DNA of 64,000 nucleotides, from positions 638,305 through 702,304 of the forward strand of contig CAVYGQ010000001.1 in assembly GCA_963768175.1 (NCBI GenBank). Direction: 5' to 3'. The translations under genes and the position numbers were made by a program. Positions 57,442 through 64,000 of the stretch are shown in pieces; within the stretch, counting starts at the first letter, position 1; the number at the start of each line of letters is the position of its first letter. The stretch is from Candidatus Doudnabacteria bacterium. GTDB lineage: Bacteria; Patescibacteriota; Doudnabacteria; UBA920. The notes beneath the pieces are model-generated. The model had not been told where the DNA came from. It worked only from the letters and a program-made list of their open reading frames with translations, and made no database searches.

Positions 57442-60400
57442 TTAAGGATTTTCCTGCCAAGAGCCGACGGTAATTGACGGCGGCGGGGGCGGCGGCGGGG
57501 GCGGCGGCGGGGGCGGCGGCGGCAAATCGTCATTAATAATTGTGCAAGTTATGGTCTGGCCGGCGCTGATGGTGCCGTTTTGGCAAAGCGAGCCAAAACT
57601 TTCGGAGTAACTGGCGTTGCTGCTTTCGGTAACGTTATATTGGCTGCTCACGCTCGGCGTAACCGTAAAAGTTACCCCGCTTTCCGAGCCTAAGGCGCTG
57701 GCCGGGGAAGGGTTCCCGCCGGTTACGTAAATGGTAAAGCTGGAAGCCGCGGCGCTGGCGCCGTTATCGTTTATGACGTGGGTAATAACCACCACGCCAG
57801 CAGTGGTCGGAGTCGGCGGCGGCGGAGTGACCGCGGCCGGACAGACCGTGGCGCCAATGGTCTGGAACACGTTGGACATCTGGCTGGACGGGGGAGAATT
57901 AAAATAATCCCCGCTGGCGCTGGCTATGTTCTTGAGCAAAGTTATGGCGGCGGAATTGCTGTCTGAACTATAGCGCACGGTAAAAATAACTGCCCCGCTG
58001 GCCTTGGCGGTACTGGCCGCGGACAAGGCGTCGTTGGTATCTGTGGTTAGGTTACCGGTCGGCTTGGTGGGTTCACCGTCGGAAACCAGAATTAAAACCT
58101 TCGGGTTGCTGGCTGTATGCCTGGAGCTATTGAGTTCCGCGCTCCCGACGGTTATGGCGCTTTGCAAGTTAGTGCCCACGTCGCTGTTGGAGCCGGTAAT
58201 GGTGTTAATGGCGGCGTACAAACCAGTGGCCGGCGCGGTATAATAAACTTTTATGGTGACGTAATTTACGTACGTGGTTAAGGTGCTGGCGGAATTGTTT
58301 TGCAGGCGCAAAATAAAATTCGTATCGGAAAAATCCCCTATCGCCCAAGTCCTGCCCCAAGTGTCCGTAGAGCCTCCCATAGTGTAAGCCGTTTCGGTGG
58401 TAGTTAAGGTTTGGGTTTTGGCGGAAGTCCAGCTGCTGCCGTTGTTCCAGGAAAGATTCAAACCAACCTGCCCGTTGCTTGCGGCCGGAGTATAGGTATA
58501 GCTGACGGTTAAATAGACTTCAGAAACTCTGGCAGTACCCGAGGTGTTGGTTTTGATAACGCCAAGACCCCAGGAATTCAGTTCAGCTATGGTCCATTGC
58601 GCGTTGGTAAAAGGATCCACAGTTAGCGCCCCGGTATTGTAAGTGGCAAAGGAGCTGCCCAAACTGGAAATCGCATAATCTTTTTGGTTGCCGGTACCGG
58701 TACCTTTTTCTATGCGCATGGAAAGGGTTGGCGTGCTGGCGCCGCTTTTTTCGGCAACCACATACAAAGTTACCGAATTGATAGTAGCCCCCGCAGGAAT
58801 TGCGGAAGTATCTACTTTATAAGTTTCCGCGGCGCTTGTTGTGTTGGTAATGTAAGTATTGTTGTTGGAATCGTTCACGGCGCTAATTTTATTGCCGTTG
58901 CTGGTTGAACCGGTGTTGGTAGCCCAGGAAGTTGGATTATAATCCGCCACATTATTTGGAACCAAATTTAAGCTGGAAGTTTGCGGATTGGCGGTAACCT
59001 TGCCGTCCACCACAACTTCTACGCCACTGACGGTTGCGCCGGAGGGGATGCCGGATAAGCTAAATTTGGAATAACCCTGCTGCTGGTTTAAGGTCGCGCT
59101 GGTGGTAAACGTAGTGTCCTTGGTAAAAGCATTGCCCGGATTTGACCACTGGCCGTTCGGCGATGCGGTGCTGGCCGGAAGGTTGGGCCCTATTGTAGCG
59201 CTGGAGCTGTCGCTCCCATAAACTGTAGTCAGCTGGCCGTTGGTCGGCACCGAGCCGCTGCTGCCGTCCAAACCGCCAAAGCTTCCCATACCGACTTTGG
59301 ACGGTATGGCAACCTGGCCGTATAACGCAAGCAGGGCTTTGGCCGCCGAGTTTTCATTGGCAAGGTCGGTGGAACTCATACTGCCCGTGCGGTCAAAAAT
59401 CATCACCGTATCGGCGCAGGCCGGAGTTGGCGGCGCGTTTTGAGCCACGTTAATGACGCAGGTTTTGCTGTCGCCGGCGCTTAAGCTCACGGTGCCGCCG
59501 GACGAACAATCCTGCCCCCACACCGAAGCCGTGTAGCCGGCCGGAACGCCGGAAATGCTGGCGGTATGAGAACCCACAGTCAGCCCGCTTTTGGGTACGC
59601 CGGAAGTCACCGTATTGCCGTCAAGTTTTAAAGTAACTCCGCTTGGGGCAAGACTGCCGCCGTAACCGTTGGTAATGTTGGCGGTAACCGTGAGGGTAGC
59701 CGTAGTGGGCTGGTCAATATTGGTTATGGTACAAACGTAATCCTGGCCTGAAGCCGCGGAAGAAAAATTGCAACCGGTAGAATTGATTACCACACCATTG
59801 AGGGACAAAGAATAGACAGGCGTTTGATAACCGCTGCTCGGGCAAGGGCCGCTGGGCGTGCATTCGGTAACATTAAAGTTGCTGCCCGGCGTAATTTGCA
59901 TGGCGGTGCCCGTTGCCGCCAGATCCGGGAACGGGGTTACGGCAGGACTTGCCGTAACGTTGACCGTAAAATTGTTGGCGCTGGCCGTACCGCCGTGGCT
60001 GTTGCTGACCACAACCACCACGGTTAAATATGCCGGCTGGGTTTGGGTCACCGCCGGGTTCTGCACCGTGGAAGAAACATTAATATTGGTAAACGAGCCC
60101 TGGTAGCTGGCCTGGGTGGAAATTGCCACGACCGTGGAATTTCCCGAGCGTGGCGCAGACGGCGTAAGGGCGGCAATGCTGCAGGTCTCCAGCCGCCCTT
60201 GGGCATCTGTGCCTATGGTTATGGGTGGTCCGCCTCCGGTATAATTGTAATTTTGGCCTAATTTAAGCAAAGCAATGTTGGAGCAGGATTCCGCCAAACC
60301 CAAAGACACGCGCTTGTATTCCCCGCTGGAGGAGGCGGCGCGGACAAAATAGCCGCCGCTGGAAAGCAAAAACACCAAACCCAATAAAATCAAAGAAATG

Positions 60401-60477
60401 ACAATCGCGGAAATCAGGGCAATAAACCCGGCTTCGTCTTGGCTTGCGGTGGGCAATTTGTTGTTTAAATGCTTCAT
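57442..60477 (-). CDS. Large pilus-associated adhesin: PilX-like N-terminus, split vWA domain, poly-Pro tail
   Basis: GFIALISAIVIS; MIDAS motif DRTGSM; ILVSDGEP about 430 aa later. Confidence 0.75.
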   Translation of the reverse strand: MKHLNNKLPTASQDEAGFIALISAIVISLILLGLVFLLSSGGYFVRAASSSGEYKRVSLGLAESCSNIALLKLGQNYNYTGGGPPITIGTDAQGRLETCSIAALTPSAPRSGNSTVVAISTQASYQGSFTNINVSSTVQNPAVTQTQPAYLTVVVVVSNSHGGTASANNFTVNVTASPAVTPFPDLAATGTAMQITPGSNFNVTECTPSGPCPSSGYQTPVYSLSLNGVVINSTGCNFSSAASGQDYVCTITNIDQPTTATLTVTANITNGYGGSLAPSGVTLKLDGNTVTSGVPKSGLTVGSHTASISGVPAGYTASVWGQDCSSGGTVSLSAGDSKTCVINVAQNAPPTPACADTVMIFDRTGSMSSTDLANENSAAKALLALYGQVAIPSKVGMGSFGGLDGSSGSVPTNGQLTTVYGSDSSSATIGPNLPASTASPNGQWSNPGNAFTKDTTFTTSATLNQQQGYSKFSLSGIPSGATVSGVEVVVDGKVTANPQTSSLNLVPNNVADYNPTSWATNTGSTSNGNKISAVNDSNNNTYITNTTSAAETYKVDTSAIPAGATINSVTLYVVAEKSGASTPTLSMRIEKGTGTGNQKDYAISSLGSSFATYNTGALTVDPFTNAQWTIAELNSWGLGVIKTNTSGTARVSEVYLTVSYTYTPAASNGQVGLNLSWNNGSSWTSAKTQTLTTTETAYTMGGSTDTWGRTWAIGDFSDTNFILRLQNNSASTLTTYVNYVTIKVYYTAPATGLYAAINTITGSNSDVGTNLQSAITVGSAELNSSRHTASNPKVLILVSDGEPTKPTGNLTTDTNDALSAASTAKASGAVIFTVRYSSDSNSAAITLLKNIASASGDYFNSPPSSQMSNVFQTIGATVCPAAVTPPPPTPTTAGVVVITHVINDNGASAAASSFTIYVTGGNPSPASALGSESGVTFTVTPSVSSQYNVTESSNASYSESFGSLCQNGTISAGQTITCTIINDDLPPPPPPPPPPPPPPPSITVGSWQENP

Positions 60478-61058
60478 TTTCTTAAGTACTTGGTAATGGA
60501 AAAAGTTGATGACAACAGCATACCGTTGTCCGTCCGGTCGGTCAAGGAAAAACTGGCCGAAACGCTTTCCGGCTCAATGCTAGTGCCGGAAGCCGCGGTA
60601 TGGGTAAACTGTAAGTTGCTGATTTGGACATTGGAAGTATTTACGGGGACCGGGCAGGCCGTCCCGTACCACAGCAATAAACTGCCGTTATAACTTTGCA
60701 AGCAGGAACTTGGCGCGACCAGGCTTAGGTTGACGACGGTGGAATTATATTTGGTCACGGAAAGGCACAGCGGCCGGTTTAAATCGCAGGCGCGGGCAAC
60801 CCCGTCGGCCGGCAAGGAAACCGCGTCTATATACGAAGCTCCGGACAGCACCCAGTCAATTTTACCTTCCAAAAAATCGCCTTCCTGCTGCAGTGTTGCC
60901 CTGGCCTGGTTGCGGCCGGCGGACTCAAACACGCTGTAAGCGGTAACAATCGCTCCGGTCATCAAAATGGCAAACAGCGCCAGATAAACTATAACTTCAA
61001 TCAAGGTAAAACCTGCGCTATTTTGTATCCCATTTTTTTTATTGTTGGTTAATGCCAT
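60474..61058 (-). CDS. Minor pilin
   Basis: GFTLIEVIVYLALF. Confidence 0.88.
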   Translation of the reverse strand: MALTNNKKNGIQNSAGFTLIEVIVYLALFAILMTGAIVTAYSVFESAGRNQARATLQQEGDFLEGKIDWVLSGASYIDAVSLPADGVARACDLNRPLCLSVTKYNSTVVNLSLVAPSSCLQSYNGSLLLWYGTACPVPVNTSNVQISNLQFTHTAASGTSIEPESVSASFSLTDRTDNGMLLSSTFSITKYLRK

Positions 61059-61063
61059 AATTT

Positions 61064-62713
61064 TTACGGGGAGATAACCGACAAGTAACCGTTATTGCCG
61101 CTGTCGTTGGAACCGACATAAAAATAATTTCCTTCGCAATCAAAACTCGGCTCTTCTAAACCGCCGCTGGCCGGCAAATTCACAGGCAAGCCCCAGGCGG
61201 AGACGGACAATGGATTGGAAGCGTCCCAAACCTGAAATTGGGTTTTGGTGAGCAAAAAAGCCAGAGTGTGAAAAGCCTTGGAGCTATCCAAACCAAACCG
61301 GACCGACACCCCCTCCACCGTGCTGCTGATTTTCGCGCCGGGAGGCTGGAGGCTGTTGGGATTATTGGCGGCGAGTCCGGAAGGCGAACTATCATTTAAA
61401 ATATAAAATTCGTAGGTTGGAGGGTTAGTAGTGGTAACGGTTCTGCCTAAATACAGCGTGTTGCCGACTAAATCCAAGCTCTTGCCGTTGCCCTGGTTAT
61501 CCGGCGCGTGGTAATCCCCGATTCTCTTGGGCGAAGAAGGAGTGCTGACATCCAAAACCGTAACCTGTTCCTGATTGGAAGCGCTGCTGTCGGTCGGATG
61601 GGCCAAATAAGCGTAACCGTTACTTACGTAAATGGCATTAATATTATAACCAACCTGATAGCTGCCCACCCATTGCGGGTTAAGCGGATTATGCACGTCT
61701 ATAATATTGAACTCCGGCCCGCTGCTGGTTTTGGTAAGGCCTAAATAGACATAACCGTTACTGTAAAAAATACTGTTGCCGACGGCGCTGCCGCTGGAGC
61801 CAACCACGCCGGAAGCCACGGGCATTTCAAAAGTGTATTTGACCTGCGGCGTGGGACCGCTGACATCAATAACCTGCAGCTGGCCGCAAGCCAAATTGGC
61901 GCCATTATTGTTGCTGCAAGCGCCAGTTGCGGTATTAAAACTTGCGCCATAAGCGCTGGCAACATAGGCATAATTTTGGGAAGTGGAGGTGGCAACGGCT
62001 ACCGCGGCCAGACCGCCCGTACCGACACTGCTGCCATTATTATCCAAACTGCCAATTAAAGAATTAGCCAAATTATTAATCAGCTTATTAGTGTCAAACA
62101 CAAAAAAAGTCGGGTCGGTTTTGTTGGCCGTGCTCCCCACTGCGACATAAAGCCTGCCCTGATAAGCGTCCAAATCGTTAATCGGATATGTCCCGCTTAT
62201 ATTGGCCAAAGAGGCCAGGCTGGTAACGGAATTCTTTATTTGCGGATTTTTCCAGGCGTCGGCGCTGGGCGTTAACACCGAATCGCAGGTGTCCCCGCCC
62301 ACCGCGTTGTTGAAGTTGGTGACTACGGCGGACAATGCAGTGGTCTCAACGCGGTTATGGTCGCCGGACCAGGTTATTGTGGCCTTAACATTTTTGGTAA
62401 AATAGTCGGGCTGGGTCTGCACGGAAACATTTTCCGTATAGGTAAGGGGACCGAGCGTAACGGTAGTGGAAGTCGGCACAACCAGTTTAAAATCCTGCCG
62501 CGCCAACGCTTGCTCGTTTTCCAAAAGTCCTTGCGCCAAACTTAAGGCTTCGGCGCTGGTCTGGCTGTCGGAAAGCAAGGACTGGTTGCCGAAAGACACC
62601 AGCATTACCGCCGTTAAAGCGGTAATCAATATTGCCATGGCAATAAGCATCTCCAGCGTGGAAAATCCGTTTTGTTGGATTTCTCTATTCATAATTCCTG
62701 ATTTACGATTCAT
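61064..62713 (-). CDS. Minor pilin with LVIVD-like beta-propeller repeats
   Basis: GFSTLEMLIAMAI; repeated YAYVA/LQVIDVS motifs. Confidence 0.82.
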   Translation of the reverse strand: MNRKSGIMNREIQQNGFSTLEMLIAMAILITALTAVMLVSFGNQSLLSDSQTSAEALSLAQGLLENEQALARQDFKLVVPTSTTVTLGPLTYTENVSVQTQPDYFTKNVKATITWSGDHNRVETTALSAVVTNFNNAVGGDTCDSVLTPSADAWKNPQIKNSVTSLASLANISGTYPINDLDAYQGRLYVAVGSTANKTDPTFFVFDTNKLINNLANSLIGSLDNNGSSVGTGGLAAVAVATSTSQNYAYVASAYGASFNTATGACSNNNGANLACGQLQVIDVSGPTPQVKYTFEMPVASGVVGSSGSAVGNSIFYSNGYVYLGLTKTSSGPEFNIIDVHNPLNPQWVGSYQVGYNINAIYVSNGYAYLAHPTDSSASNQEQVTVLDVSTPSSPKRIGDYHAPDNQGNGKSLDLVGNTLYLGRTVTTTNPPTYEFYILNDSSPSGLAANNPNSLQPPGAKISSTVEGVSVRFGLDSSKAFHTLAFLLTKTQFQVWDASNPLSVSAWGLPVNLPASGGLEEPSFDCEGNYFYVGSNDSGNNGYLSVISP

Positions 62714-62745
62714 GCTTCAAGCTTCATGCTTCATGATTCTAGTTC

Positions 62746-63234
62746 CTACCAGTCTATGCGCCCCTCGCTGTTAACGGTAATGGTGTCGGAATGTGTGCCG
62801 TCGGAAAGCGCAATGCTTTGGGCCGTGCTGGTACCGCTTAACCGGGTAAAATCAACTTCTGTAGCGCCGGAATGGGTTACTAGGCTGGTGGCCGGAAATG
62901 CCTGATTTAAAGGATCGTTTTGATTATAAGGCGAACCCTGAAAAATCACGTATTGACTGGGCTGGATTTCCACGCCGTGCGGCTTGCCGTCACTGCAGCC
63001 GGAGCCCAAACAGACATTGTTGATTGCCTGGCTGCGCGCAACCTGTAAAACCATAACCAGCGTATTGCGTTCCGTGCGGAAAACAAAACTGCGGTAGGCA
63101 TCCAACCCTACTATTATTGACAGGCTGCTGATTATGACAATCATCGCCATAACAGTAACAATTTCAATAAGGGTAAATCCTTTTTGAGATTTCAGATTTA
63201 TGATTTCAGATTTATGATTCCGGAGAACGTTCAT
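62746..63234 (-). CDS. Minor pilin (FimT/GspH-like)
   Basis: GFTLIEIVTVMAMI, ARSQAI. Confidence 0.85.
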   Translation of the reverse strand: MNVLRNHKSEIINLKSQKGFTLIEIVTVMAMIVIISSLSIIVGLDAYRSFVFRTERNTLVMVLQVARSQAINNVCLGSGCSDGKPHGVEIQPSQYVIFQGSPYNQNDPLNQAFPATSLVTHSGATEVDFTRLSGTSTAQSIALSDGTHSDTITVNSEGRIDW

Positions 63235-63236
63235 AG

Positions 63237-64000
63237 CTAATGGATGCTGTTGCTAAGGCTTTGCGTGAGGGAATAAATCGGGGTGATTATGGACAGCGCA
63301 ATGAAGCCCACGAGCACGCCCATAAAAATCATCAACACCGGCTCAATCAGGCTGGACATATTTTTGGTGATTTCCTCCAGTTCGGCCTCGTACATTTCCG
63401 CCAAAAACAGCAGCGTGTCGCTTAAATTGCCCGCCGTCTCGCCCACGCTTATCATTTGGGTAAACGCGGGCGGAAACAGCTTCGGATTAGTGGCCAAATG
63501 CTCGGAAAGTTTCTCCCCGTGGGTCAATTTTTCGCTCATGATGTTAAACTCGCGCCGATAAACCGTGCTGGTGGAAGTATCGGCCGTGATTCTTACCGCT
63601 TCCACTATCAGCGCCTCGCCCTTAAGCAGTATCCCCAAAGTCCTGGTAAAACTGACCAAATGGTAACTCAAAAACATCTGGCCAAAAAGCGGCAGGCGCA
63701 AAATTTGCCTGTCTACCCACAGCCGGATTTTCGGCTGGCGCATGGCAACAAACACGGCGAAAACCAAAACCACAAGCGCTAAAAGAATCGCCAAACCGTG
63801 GTTGAGCATAAAACTGCTGACAAAAATAAGGACGCGCGTAGTCCAGGGCAGTTGGAATTTGAAACTCTGGAACACCGGCAAGATTTTCGGAAAGACATAA
63901 AAAGTCAGCATACCGGTAATGCCAAAAGTCGCGAAGACTATAAAAATCGGGTAAACCAGGGCGCCGATGACTTTGCGGCGCAGAGCCTGCTGCTTTTGCA
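63237..64000 (-). CDS. pilC: PilC/GspF platform protein, 5'-truncated by the window edge
   Basis: GALVYP, LPWTTR, QMISVGETAGNL, LIEPVL. Confidence 0.92.
   Translation of the reverse strand, partial: QKQQALRRKVIGALVYPIFIVFATFGITGMLTFYVFPKILPVFQSFKFQLPWTTRVLIFVSSFMLNHGLAILLALVVLVFAVFVAMRQPKIRLWVDRQILRLPLFGQMFLSYHLVSFTRTLGILLKGEALIVEAVRITADTSTSTVYRREFNIMSEKLTHGEKLSEHLATNPKLFPPAFTQMISVGETAGNLSDTLLFLAEMYEAELEEITKNMSSLIEPVLMIFMGVLVGFIALSIITPIYSLTQSLSNSIH

Noticed and set aside
57480-57522. GGC/GGG tandem repeat as a regulatory or phase-variable tract
   Set aside because: Explained by the poly-proline tail encoded on the minus strand.
1-64000. Second DGR variable repeat elsewhere (for example in pilins or adhesins)
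   Set aside because: No other match to the TR noticed by eye; a BLASTn of the TR is needed to exclude it.

Overview
Bacterial chromosomal DNA, standard genetic code, about 45% GC by eye. Gene style suggests CPR/Patescibacteria (many type IV pilins, short HrcA, PaaX-like regulator, abundant palindromic mini-repeats); this assignment is inference. The backbone has capA (partial), topA, ndh, a MacAB-type ABC exporter, hrcA-grpE-dnaK-dnaJ, two S53 peptidases, a sortase with an LPXTG protein and a type IV pilus cluster. The main feature is a ~17.4 kb integrative element (16537-33917) that splits a tRNA-Lys(UUU) gene at a 7-bp core (CGATCCC) and carries a complete replacement tRNA-Lys just inside its left end. 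Its cargo includes: (i) a complete diversity-generating retroelement (121-bp TR/VR pair, all 18 mismatches at TR adenines) with avd lying antisense between TR and RT; (ii) a 40-aa Trp-tailed peptide, a membrane histidine kinase and a fused class II (DxDD) / class I (DDxxD) terpene-synthase-fold enzyme, a candidate ComQXP-like prenylated-peptide signalling system; (iii) an arsR-thioredoxin-arsP cluster, two tyrosine recombinases, a Sak4-like ATPase and HU. Elsewhere: a LAGLIDADG gene abutting an AT-rich topA 5' end, an IS3 element, a RAYT-like transposase with palindromes, variant CIRCE boxes, a repeat-punctuated mini-gene array and a silent alternative pilin C-terminus. Three frameshifts are probably assembly errors. 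All product calls come from motif recognition by eye, not database searches.
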